From Bigelowiella natans CCMP2755 (lineage: Eukaryota > Protista > Cercozoa): a DNA stretch of 50,904 bases. The notes under the pieces were generated by a model. It had not been told where the DNA came from. It made no database searches and was given only the letters and a program-made list of their open reading frames with translations. This document shows positions 1 to 12,500 of the stretch, one piece after another; within the stretch, counting starts at the first letter, position 1; the number at the start of each line of letters is the position of its first letter. The position numbers and the translations under genes were made by a program. The stretch is from positions 1 through 50,904 of the forward strand of contig ADNK01002344.1 in assembly GCA_000320545.1 (NCBI GenBank), read 5' to 3'.

Positions 1-335
1 CGTCGCTCGCGCGAGCCCCCTCGGTTTGAGGTGGGGCACAGGCTATCTTCACCCCCACATGCCTAAACCGGCTTCGAGTATTTCCCCCCCCACCGCTCTC
101 ATACGCATCACACGAAAAGATCTTACATACTCTTCCCGCCGCCACTTGGGAGATGTGTCCCCCCCCCCCCCCCCCCCCTTTTGTTTTTCACGCACCCACC
201 CATACCCATACACATACACATACACATCCACAGGTGCATATACACACATGCATACATGCATAAAGAGAGAGAGCGAGAGAGAGGGGGGGGGGGGAGGGGG
301 GACACTTATCCCAAAAGTTGCAGCGAAAAGTATAG

Positions 336-1012
336 CTGAGATCCTCCCGTATGATGCATTCGAGCGATGTCGCTGGACAATTATTCGAATCGGCCATTGG
401 CAATGTTGGCGTTGTTTTGACATTCCCTCCTACGAATATTAGGGGCATTGCGCGCCTGTCTGCGGAGATGAATATAGATGTCGAGGTGCTGTTGATTTCT
501 TCACGAGAGGCGCACAAAATAGAGGGAAGGGGGGGGCAAGAGAGAGAGGGGCGAATCAGAAGCACACGCGTCCCTACACTGGAAGAAGCATTGTCCAAAA
601 TACATAGATTGAGTAGAGAACAGCTTGGTATGGAATATCTTTGATCGGGGTAGGTATTTATGAAGACTAAATTTTATATCATTCCCTCCCCCCCCCCCCC
701 CTCCTCCTCCTCCTCTTCTATAGATCGGCGTTGCAATGCACAGTGGACAGGTAGCCTCTGCGCTGCTAGGGATGTCTCTGCAACCCCAGTATACGCTCTT
801 TGGCCCTGCTTTCCAGGATCTACGCGCCGTGTACATGCACGCCGCTGTCCCCGGCTGTATCGTCGCCACCGGTGCTGCTGTTCGAGCTGCGATTGAGGAG
901 GGAGAGGAGGATGAAGATGATGCGCGCCGAGCAGGCGCACCAAGCGGAGGGAGCAGGAGCGCGAGGAAAAGCAACAGAAGCGATAGCACACATCGTCATC
1001 GTCATCATTCTC

Positions 1013-1049
<37 letters not shown>

Positions 1050-1896
1050 TAGTAGGAGTCGCGGTCGCACAGGAAACAACGATGCTCCCCGGCGGGTGAC
1101 GGGCAACGTCAAGAACCTCCTTTTCCTCCTCTCCTCAGCCGGACAACAGGGATGGTGCAGCCATAAAACAGTAGCTCTAGGCAGTGGGGAACGACGGAGA
1201 AGGGGGGGGAGGGCGATAGCGACCGTCGCACTGGCGTGCACGCGGACGGCGAAACGGCGTCAGCAGCTGCAGCTGCAAGAAGGACATGACGGACAAAATG
1301 AGGACGACGGAGAAGAGGCGGAGGAGAAGGTAGAGAGGTCGTTTCAGATAAGGAAGGGGAACCATGTGTGGGGGGGACGGGATACGAAGAGGAGGGGCTA
1401 CACTGCTGCCACCTCTCCTCCTACAACTTCTCCAAGAAACCCGTTAGGCCTTGGCCATGGCGGGGGGGGCAGCAGTACTAACCGCAACCATACACCCCTT
1501 CACCGCCCGAATAATCACACCAGCTACATCAGCAGCAGCAGCAGCATGGGGGGAGGGCTCCATTGCAGGACACCACCACCACCAGCAGCGTCAGGGGCTG
1601 AGGAGATTGATGAGCTGTTAGAACGGGAGCTCCGCATGATGCACAAAGACGCCGCGAGCCTTGCGACCCGCGTCACAAGGGACGCGATGAATAGGGTTGC
1701 CCGGAATATACAGCGACACCGTCGAATTCGCTCAAATCCCCACCTCACACTCGGGGCGCAACAGCAGTACCTACAGAAGGCGCAGTGGCGGAGGCAGCGA
1801 CGAAAAAGTCCACCGATGACTGTGACGCCTAGGTCTGTGTCCTCTACTCCAAGGTACACTCCGGCGAAAGCGAACGACGGCCGCCCACATTCCTGA
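336..1896 (+). CDS. 3' part of a gene encoding a degenerate class III adenylate/guanylate cyclase-like domain plus a long low-complexity tail (exons ~336-485 and 724-1896; 5' exons upstream or outside the window)
   Basis: Splicing GT486..AG723 gives ...FESAIGNVGVVLTF...IRGIARLSAEMNIDVE|IGVAMHSGQVASALLGMSLQPQYTLFGPAFQDLRAVYMHAAVPGCIVAT. This aligns by eye with the class III consensus KTIGD..(L)[45 protein letters not shown]. There is a polypyrimidine tract before AG723 and a TGA stop at 1894-1896. Confidence 0.65.
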
Positions 1897-3039
1897 GTCT
1901 ACGTGGTGCCAAGAAGGCGAGATTTTGCTCCGATTCTTTCCTTCATCGGGATGGTTAGGTGGTTCACGGATACGAAAGGATCTAGAGGAGGGTGTCGATC
2001 GCACAATGACACCGAAGAAAAAATTTTCTTTTGTTAAAGCGCTCAGCGTCCTAGCAGCTAGCTAGCTAGCTATGAGTGGCAATCTAGCAATGGCCACTTT
2101 ATTTATCTGTCTTGATGTCTAGGTGTGCAGTTCTAGAATTATGCAGCCCTGCTAGCCTGTCTAGCTATATCTAAGGTGGCTAAATCATTAAAACATCATT
2201 TTAAAGCGAGCTGTACGTATCACGTAAGTCTAGAAGTGGCCGCATGCTAGCTTAGCTAGTTAGAGCAGACACATATATTGCTAGATACTAGAGATAGATC
2301 TAGAGATGCTAGCATGTCTGTCGCAGAAAGTAACAAGCATAATTTCAGCCCTGTACTAGTGTAGCCGCCGCATTGCTAGATTGCGTATATAGCTAAACAG
2401 CTACATCATCTAGATCATGTAAATTTACAAAAATAATTTATTATGCTGTACTAGCTAGCTAGTGCATAGCATTCGATCATTCTAGCATTGCATCCGTCTC
2501 ACATGTATTTGCATCATGCTAGAGCATGCATCGAGACATTCATGTATAGCCACTCTCTAGCTAGCTACCACTGCATGACAAACTCGTCGCGCATTAAAAC
2601 ATGTCAGTAGTCGCTATCTTTGCAAATAAACATATCCCTACTAGATCTCGACATACTGGCTAGCTAGGCCATTTTCTTTCACGTTCTGCGCATCACGCTC
2701 TCTGTCGTGAGGCTCTACATGTTAAAATGTCGCACATGCGCTATGATTGTTATGATTATATTTATTGTCTAATTGTTTGCATGGTTGATTCTACCTTAAA
2801 TTTTAGTGCATGCAATAATTGTAAAGTGTATTTGCACGATTTATTCCGCAGCCCCTCCGTCTAGATACAGAGGCACCGCACGAATAAAGTAGTCTGTACA
2901 AACCTCTGTGCTAAAAAGCCGGCTTCGATTCGCCGGTTCGAAGAAAAAAAGGTCCCTTGCTTGATTGTGCATCTACTTCGTTGATATTCTCATAGCTAAA
3001 AACAATGATGTTTTCCCGAAGGAATCATCGTTCGATCAT

Positions 3040-3069
3040 CAGTCAGTCAGTCAGTCAGTCAGTCAGTCA
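3040..3069. repeat. (CAGT)n tetranucleotide microsatellite about 50 nt after the E3 stop codon
   Basis: cagtcagtcagt... about 7 units. Confidence 0.9.
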
Positions 3070-3119
3070 TCATCGCGTTGGCTGGCATCGTCCTCGCCGT
3101 CGATCTGCCGTGACTGTTA

Positions 3120-3465
3120 TTAGAAGGCTTCATTCCAGTAGCTTTCCCCGGTTTCCTCCTCTGTGTCGGGAATGATACTGGGAGCCTGAAAGGGATATGG
3201 CGGTAAATAACATGTCAGTCAAGGTGGAGGTTTAGTCTAATGTAATAATATCTTTATATATTATGACTTAAATGGGCTGTACAGACCGTCGACATAGTAT
3301 GCGAGTCATCGTCAATGGTCCCGCAGCTCTCCATGGCCCAGATCACTCGCCTAGTCATCGCTTGGACACTCGAATACCTAAGGTTGGAAAGAGGAGGATG
3401 GTGCCGATCCGTAAGTGATTTAACTTCTCGATCTCCCCCCCGCCACACAAATGGCGTAGTTGTAG

Positions 3466-3501
<36 letters not shown>

Positions 3502-6500
3502 CTGCAAGTGACGATAACACACCAACCTGGGCAGGTCTATCTGGAAGAAGCAAGTATGGGCGAGCGGGAAGAAAGAATCTGCTCATGCACATCATTAAGG
3601 GCGGTGTCAAATTACTACACGCCGGAAAAGAGACTATAGCTTGTGGGCGATGGTCCGCGGCTAAAAACGCGATGTTGCTCCAATTGCCCTCCCCTTCCTC
3701 CTCGATATAGAAGAGACGCTGGCCAGTGTGCTGTGAGTAGTGGGTAGTGAGTGGTAGCTACCTGGGTCGTCCGAGCTCTCGCTGGCATTATGCGAGGTGA
3801 TTTTGAATTTTTGTTCGTAGTCTTTCTCGGAATGTGGTAGCCGCGAGCTGCAATTATGTTATATATTATTAGCGAAGGGAGGCAAGAGAGGCTAAAGTCG
3901 AATGCCTCAAAATCAATCGCGCGCAAAACTATATGCCGGCGGCGGCGTTTTTCGCATACCGTCCCCATGTGAAGGAGATGAATTTGGCCCGCTGGTTGTC
4001 ATCGAAGACGTTCTCGAACATCTCCCAGAAGAAGCGTACGTGCTCATCCTGGAGCCCATTCAACATGCAGGAAACGAAGAGGGGGGGGGGGGGGGAAGAG
4101 GACGATATTATAATCGGGGCAATGCGTCCTACATGCATGCCGACATGTGCACGATGCATGAGTTGTATGTGTGTAAGTATAGAATCCTACATCTGGTGAG
4201 CATCCCGAGTAGGATGTCATTCGTTTAAGACTCGGTATGCGGGATTTCGTGACGCCTGAGAGCACACCACCAAAAAACACATCCAAGTAGTCAGTCTATC
4301 ATCGCATGGGGAAGAGTGATGATAATGATGATGATGATGATGATGATGATAGCGAGTACATAAGATGCAAGGGAAGAGGAGAAGGGGGGGCGGGGGAGCG
4401 AGAGGAACCTTGGCCACAGACGAGCATCTCAAGTTCTCTCCACGTAAAAAGCGAGAGAGTGGACAGAGCCACCACTTGCCCTACATTATTATTATAAGAT
4501 CAGTTAATATCAATAAATTGTGACACGACGACGATGATGATGATGATGATGATGATGATGGTGATGGTGGTGGTGGTGGTGGTGCTGGGAGTCAATTGAA
4601 GCGAAGCGGGCGCTGGCAGCAGCAGCAGTAGTTGCTTAATAAGAACTAAAATTCGTCGCTGCTGCTGCCACCGCACGACCCTCCCTCACTTCCCCAACGT
4701 CGTCGTCTGAGACAGATAAAACATGGTGAGTATTCATCATACCTAAGCCTCTTCTCATTGCTTTGGTGTGGAACTCGAATTCGTACAGCCGAGCGTTCCT
4801 GAGTGCTTCGATGTACCTCTTGCTGTTGGCCTTGGTGACGGGGCACCTGGCCCCATCCTCGATGAGGGGAACCACCTTGCCGTCGCACTGGCAGTAGCTG
4901 AACTTTATTCGAGCGAACTGTGAGTTGAAGTCGTTCTCGGACACCCCCTGCTGATGGAGCAGGGCCTGGATGGGCTCGATGGAGGTGAGGGCGGTTTGGT
5001 CGATCGCCTTGATGTCGTTCTCGGTCACCACGTCGCCCACCAGAGGTTTCCACACCACGCTGGGGAAGTTGAGCGGCAGCAGGAACTTGGTTCGGATCGC
5101 AAGGCCGAAGAAGCGTCCGAGGAACTCGTACAGGGCCTTGTGCAGGAGCGACTTCGACGAGGTGCGCGGGACGAACGAGTCCCTGTTTCTGCCGGCATCC
5201 ATGCGACCGTTGGGCGTCTTGATGAACAGTGGGAGCGCTGGAGATTCGAGTTCCCGGCACATCGTCTCGATGGCGTCTCTGTATGGGCCACCGGCATCGA
5301 TTGCGTTCATCCCGATGTAGTTCGCTTTGAACGCTCTGTGATTCTCACCGATCTTGAATACCCTCTCAATGCTGCGGTGCTTCAGCTGCTGGTAGAGCTG
5401 CCCGAAGATGGTACGGCGAGCCTTGTGGTCCGTCTGCCTCTTCAGGGTGACGTTGCTGGCGGCAATGACGTCCAGGTCGACGCTGTCGCCAACGTACTTC
5501 GAGCCGGACGCGAGCATGTACACTGTCTTGCCGAGAGTCTCAGCGAGCATGATTTGCTTGGGATAGGTGAAGATCAACGCCCTGACCTTCCTTATCGCGT
5601 CGGCGAGCGAGGAGAACCCCGACGGCAGGCTCAGATCCGTGAACATCAACGATTTGAGCACCATCTTAGAAAGCTCCTGGAGCACGTTTATCTGTAACTC
5701 AATGTGCTCGTCGCCATGGTGGTTAGAGGAGAGCTTGTCCCCAAGGAGATGCAGCTCGGGCACCCCAGGCGTGTTTTCGATCGGCGACATGTTCTTCTCG
5801 AGCGACCAGCGGTTGACGGCCTCCACGATGCTCTGCACGTGCTGTGGGCCACACATCGAGTCGAGGATGTGGAAGGCCTCCACGGAAATCTTCTTTATCT
5901 TGATATCGCTCCGCCGGACGAAGTCGTACTGGTGCTTCGGCAGGCCAGAGGGGGGGAACTCCATGTCGATAGGGATCACGATGAGCGGCAGCTCGATGGG
6001 CTCCAGACCGTTCACGAAGGAGCGCGTCAATTTGTTCTTCCGAATATCGAGCTTGTCCTGATGCGCTGAGGGGTAGCGGATCTGCCACCTCGTGCCGTCA
6101 TCGAAGTCGACGCTGGCAACGCCCCCCGTCCAGCTGCGCACCTTTCCAGCGTACCACGCCCACTTGTCGGGCGTGTTGTGGTCACCAAAGGGCGCCACCA
6201 CACGGATGCCGACGCGCGGAGTGATGGCTGCAGGAGGCTCCAGAAGGTACTTTCCAGATATCGGCGGATATGTGAACTTCTTCAGCTCTCTGCTCGACCG
6301 CGGGGAGCGGACAAACAGCTCCCATCGTCCAGCCTCGATGTCCACGCACTTGCACTGAACGCACTCGCTCTCCACGTAGCACGTGTTCTTTCTGTAACCG
6401 GTGGCTTTGACGAACACGCGGTCTCCAATCTGTACCGGGGGAACCAGCTCCAGGTTTGTCGGCATCTCTTTCTTCGGAACGCACAAATGCGTTTTGGCCC

Positions 6501-9500
6501 TCACCACCACCTGCGAGAGCGAGAGGGAGCCGAAGTCCTTACGTTGTATCCTGAGGTACCTGATCGTGCACCGCTGGCTGTCCCGTACCTTCTCATACAA
6601 TTTTTCGGCGGCTTCGTCCTTGATCTTGTACTTCTCCACAAACTCAGCGAATTGGGCGTCGGACATCTTGAGCACCTCGTCCATCGAGGACCCAGTGATG
6701 AGGAGAAGCCTCTTCAGCTCGTTGCTCCATGCGCATTTTCTGTCGTCATCATTATCATCATCACCATCATCATTGCGGCTTCCGGTTGTTCTGCCCAGCG
6801 CGTACTTGCTCTTCTCCTTGGACAGCTCTAAGGAGACATTGAGTATGTACGGGTCGGTCGGTTCCTGCCTGTCTTTTCGTTCTGCCATATCGACACAGAA
6901 CACAGACTGCTCGATAAGCTCCTCCATCGAAGGCTCCTTTGCATCGTCAACGGCCTGCAGGAAACCGAACACATAGCAGCTCTGGATGGAGAGGTTGGCC
7001 CCGGATGAGGAGGACGACGATGACGATGATGATGTTCTCGATGACGAGACAAAAGGGGTGTAGATCCTGACGCTCTCAACATCGATGGCTCGGCCGAGAT
7101 CCAACTCCCAGAACGCGTTCTCCTCCTCTTTGGTGCACGAAGCATAGAAAGGGTTGGCGTTAATATATCCGTCAACCGCCCTCCGTGCTGCAAAGAGCGG
7201 GCTGGCAGTGACGGATGCTCGTGTTGCGGCTGACAACGGGGAAGAAGAGCCCCGCTTTTGCTTGGCATCTTTTTGATCTTGGCGCCTATTCTTCTTCGAG
7301 TCTGCGGAGGGAGGCATGCTCTGCGACCCTCGGCTGTTGCCGTCGTCACGATACAGATGCATCCCCGCAGGCATTGGTCGTCGAGAGCTTTGGCGTGCGA
7401 CACGCCCATAGGACGCGTTGCTATCTGCGGTGATCTCACGTGATACGAAATTCTTGAGAACCCTCTTGGCGAAGAGACTAGGCTTGAGGGAGGAGCGCTG
7501 TTGCTTCAGACTTCCAGCACGAGACCTCGCACTTACCCCGCCCCCGAGTGAGTCACTGCTAACAACAGCAGCTGCACCGCCTATGCTGTCACTGCCGTCC
7601 ACGTTGACAGTGTCCAGAGTGTTTGCGAGGTTCAGGAGATCGGAGAACCACATGATGTTCCGGCCGCTGCTCCCGCCGACAGCAGCTGTGTCCGCGCCAC
7701 GGTAGAATGCGGGGAACGCCACGCGATCGTCATCCTCAGTGTCCTCTTCATCCTCCTCTTCCTCACCGCTGGTGTTGTCTCCAGATTCGAGGGCAGCAGC
7801 CTTGGCATCGGAGGAGTTAGTTCCGGGGGTAGTTGTCATCGTCCGCACCTTGAATCGCCGCCGCAGCCGCCCGAGCTTCTTCCTTCGATTCTGGCTGCGA
7901 TACAGCTCTAGGTTGAGCTGCAACAGGCTCTTAAAGAACGTGGAGAAATTGGGCTTTATCCTAGCGTGCAGCTGTATCATGTACTGAAACAGGAGTCTCT
8001 GGTACCTCTGCGTGATCATCGCGGGTTGCATGCGCCGCAGCGCAGGGTGCGAGTTGGCCGATATGATGTTGCAGGCGACCTGCAGGAGAGGTAGGTGATA
8101 CTTCGTAGGCCCTTTCACGATGCACGAGAGGATCAAGTTCATCACGGGCTTGCAGAAGACGTACGGGCGAAGGCTGAGGACTGGACTCTGAGGCTCCTTG
8201 TCCACTGCGTGTTGGAAGATGCCCAGGAAGATGTCCAGCAGCCAGAATACGATTCCGGGGCTAGGGGATGAGCCGGCTAGGATTGGTGATTCCCCCTTCT
8301 CTTTCGTGTCACCCGAGGCGGCCGCCGTCGTCGTCGCGGAAGTGCCATACTCGACCATAAGAAGCAGCTGGAAGACGAGCTCCCGCACCAGCATTGCGAC
8401 AAACGGCGCATGGCGCGCAAGGTAGGACAGCGAGTGCTGCTGCGAAGCCTGTGAACTGCTGCTACTGCTGCTGCTGCTGCTGCTGCTGCCTCCACCACCA
8501 CCACCACGATTGCTGGACTTGTCAGGAGATTGGATTTGCCCCGTGAACAAGGAGTCAAATTTCCCTGCGGCTTCTTCCTTGATCCTGGACACGACCCATG
8601 GCTTTAACCTGTCGATGGCCCCGTGCAAGCTCGACATCTCAAGAACCCTCAAGAGCTTCACTATCCACTCGCAGCCATAGCTACTGCCTGATGACGACGA
8701 GGAGTTGTTGTTGAGGAGAAAGTCGTACTGGGAGGTGTTCGAGCTGTACAGTAAGATTGAGATGACGCTCTCGCGTGCATACATCACACCAAGCGCGCGC
8801 TCAACGAGCGGGCGCATCCGGACGAGCTTCGCCCGTGCCAAACGAAATGCCTCAGATTTGGAGAACTTGTGCGACGGCACGGTGAGGAAGGACGTCACCT
8901 CATCTGGCGCTGGGGTGCAAGTTAGCGGCCCGTATACCTGCGAGTCCACGGTCAAAAGCTCTTGAAGGGCAGACCCTCCTGCCCCCTTTCCGTGTGATGA
9001 ACGTGATTGGATCTTGACGAGATTTTCGAGCTCCTCTGGGGTGATCAGCTCTTCCTCGCCCTGGTCTTCCTGATGGTGGTGATGGTGGTCATCGGTCACT
9101 TCGTCCTCGTCGCTGTTCCAACCCGACGACTTGTCTAACAGCTGTTCCTCCATCTCTGCCAACCGACTATACGCGCTTGGCCCAAGCCCAGCCGCCATGG
9201 GGGAGGGGCTAGTGCCGAGTGTAGACACACGGTAGGCAGGTGAATGAAAGAGGGGCGGCGAAATATCTCCCGGCTGCTGTCCCGAATGACGGCGAGGGCT
9301 ATCTGAGCAAACCTCCGACCTGATCTTAGACTTGACTTCGTTACTGTTATTCGTGGCTGGAGAGGATTCAAATTCTTGCCAGAATCTACGGGATACCCTT
9401 CGAGCATTGGCAGCCTTTACCTCGTTCCCTTGTCCAGAACGGTTCTTGGCGAGCTTGATCGGCGATCCGTACAGTCCAGTGGCGTAGTGAGACTTGATGT

Positions 9501-12500
9501 GAGTGCTTGCCAACTGATCAAGCTCTGAAAGAATCGGGAGACTGGAGGAAAGGCTGGGGAGGCGACCTGCTATCGGACGTCTCAGCTCACGTGAAGCGCC
9601 GCCGCCACTGCTGCTGATGAACGTCGGGAGCTTCGAAAATATGAGCAGTAGCATCCTGTCCCAGGTTTGGCCGAGCGGCATCTCCACGTCAATCTCGCTG
9701 AGTGCTTGTTTCCCCGCCATCACGCACAGGCTCTCCGGAAAGCCAAGCCAGGTGAGGTGCTTCGCCCGCTTCACCACTTGCCGGACTCTCTCCTCAACCT
9801 TGAGCTGGTGCCAGTTCAACAGGAGATCGTTCGCAGCCGCCCGGATTTTGAACCTGTTGCGAATCAGGACCTTGAGCGCGATGAGCCGCGAGCACCCATT
9901 TCCAATGCCGATCAGGCTTGACATGTATCGATCCACAGGGAAGTAGTTGAGCATGAGCTGCTTGGAGGGATCATCCTCGTGATCTGAATCATTGATGAGA
10001 AGCGAAGCCCGCACGTAGACACCGTGTTCTGGTTCTGCCACCGCATGCGGGGCGCTCAGTAACTTGAAGCCACCGGTAGCTTGGGCCACTGGATCGACGA
10101 CACCAGAATCCCTCGGAGCCGTAATGTAGAATTCGCGCCCAAGCTGGAGCGAGATCATCTGGGTCTTAAGAAGCCTGTGCGCTGGCAGCGTCCAAGAATC
10201 CTTGTTAATACTGACGGTTATACCTGCCTCCTGGCTCACTCGAACACCGAACCTGAACCACCGTTTCTGAGGGAAGAGCAGGGGTGATTGGTGGCCTAAG
10301 ATCTTCATTCTGCCGCTAGGAAGCAGCTCCACAATGCCGTACTCTCCTGAATCGGAATATCTTAGGACCCGAACCTCATGCTTGCTATCTGTGAGGTCCT
10401 TTAGGTGCGTGCATGATGCAAGCTCGGCAAGTGGAACCGATAGGATCGCCTCGTCTAGGCTGCTCGACTTCCTCCCGTGGCTCCCCTCTTCCTCAAACCG
10501 CTTTTGCTTTTGCTCCGCGTGTGCGGTGGACACCACCTTGAACAGATTTAGCGTCTTCATCTCTCCCGAGAAGCACCTCGAGTTGAGGTCGGTGCCGATG
10601 AAGCCGTTTCGGCGGGGGATCCGGAGCGTGAAGTCCTTCTTGAATCGCATTCCCGCCTTGTCCAGGAGCTGCTCGGTTATGGTGGGGGGGGATTCCTTGC
10701 ACACATGCACCTTGACATCTACCACCTTGTTCGACCGCGAGAGCTTTGATCCTCGCCATTCGAAGGGGTAGCCGAAGGGACGGTCCTCCATTCCTTCTGA
10801 GAACGCTAGAAGGGCCCGCTGTGTGGAGGTTTCCCGGCAGTAGACCCCGCCCCCATCTACACCCCCGGTCGTGGCCTGAACGGACGACGACTTCTTATTC
10901 TTCTGTTGTTGCTGCTGCAGCGGCACAAAAGAACTCTGTTGTTGCTGCTGCAGAGGCTGCAGTGGTGGCGAGGGCTGCTGCATCGTGAACTCCAACAGGA
11001 GGTTGGACAGTGGGTCGGGGCACCGGATCGGCTTCTTGAACTCAAACCGCACCCACTGGTCGCTCTTCGTGGGCATCTTCTTCTCGTTGTTGGGGAGCAG
11101 GATGTCCTTCTCGGACACCGACATGTCAAAGTCCCCGTCCGTATACTTGACCTGATACGTTCCGTCGCGGTTTATCCCTGTGATCACGGCCGAGTAGGTG
11201 CGGCCGCCGTGCCACTTCGCCTTCACTTTTTCCTCCTTCTGGAAGAGGTTCCCGGAGAAGAGGCCGATGGGAAGATTTTCGGGCCCGTAGACTACGTTCG
11301 TCTCAACGTATCTTTTGTCGCTGTTCGCAAACTCAGATTTCTCCGTCCAAGCGTAAGCGATCCGAACGTTGTGCAAGTCTCTCTTGGGAGCGTTGTATGC
11401 TTTGATAGAGATGCCGGAGATCAGGGTCCCATTCTCAATGCCCACGTTTGCGAGCTCTGAGCTCAGATATATGCTCTGATATTCCAAGTTCATGAACGCG
11501 GTGTTCAGGGGGTAGCCGTGTGCCTTCACCCCGACCGACTTAAAGTGCTCACACAGCTGGATATCGGCCGAGAGGTGGCCGCACGATTGATCGAAGTTGG
11601 CCTTGAAAATCGGAGAGGAGATTTGTGAGATGCTGGAGCTTCCAACAGGGCCGCTCCCTCTGTTCTCAAGGGCCTTCGAGGCCCCCTCGAGGATGATGAA
11701 TGGACTGTGCAGACGATTGCTCTCGAACGTTGCGATCAAGGTGTAGGTGAGCTTTTCGTCCTTCCCGATCACGTCGACATCGAGGCTTTGCTGATGTGGC
11801 GACGGATAATGCATGCGGTACTTTGAGACAACGCCGGCGCGCTCGATGATCACGGTCGCCACGCCATTTTCCCACTTCTCGACGGATCCTGGGAACCAGC
11901 CCCACCTATTCGGGCTTTTCTCTTCCAAGAAGGGTACCATTACCTTAGCGTCCTCCTCTGGGAACAGCGGTCCATCCTTCTCAGGCAGGATGTACTCCCC
12001 AGTCTGTAGAGGGTATTCCACCAGGCGTCTCTGGGCATTCTCCCCACCTGGCGGGGCGATAATCTGCAGGAAAAACCGTCCATCTTTCCTCCTGGGGTAG
12101 CACATTTCAACACGGCCCTCGACGTAGAATTTGCTGGACGACGTAGTCTGCGCAACGCCGGACGAGTCGAGGTCCATGCAGTCTCCGGAATTGGCACCAG
12201 CTTCGTCGTGCCTCACCATGACGCGCTCTCCCACACCTATTGGACATTCCTGCATGAGCAGAATCATGGGCGATTGGGATGTGTTGGCGTCGAGCATCTT
12301 GACGAACTCCAAGTTCATGGGAGACAATGATTTGGAGGCATCGTCAGTGATGGCGCCGCCTCCGCCGCCGCCGCCGCTACCACCTTCACCGCTACCACCA
12401 CCACCGCCCCTATCAGTTCCTCTCGGAGAGAACTCTGTCATGGTGTTTTCCTCCGTTGCCTTGGGAGATGCATTGCTCGGAGTGGGAGAGAAGTTCGCCG

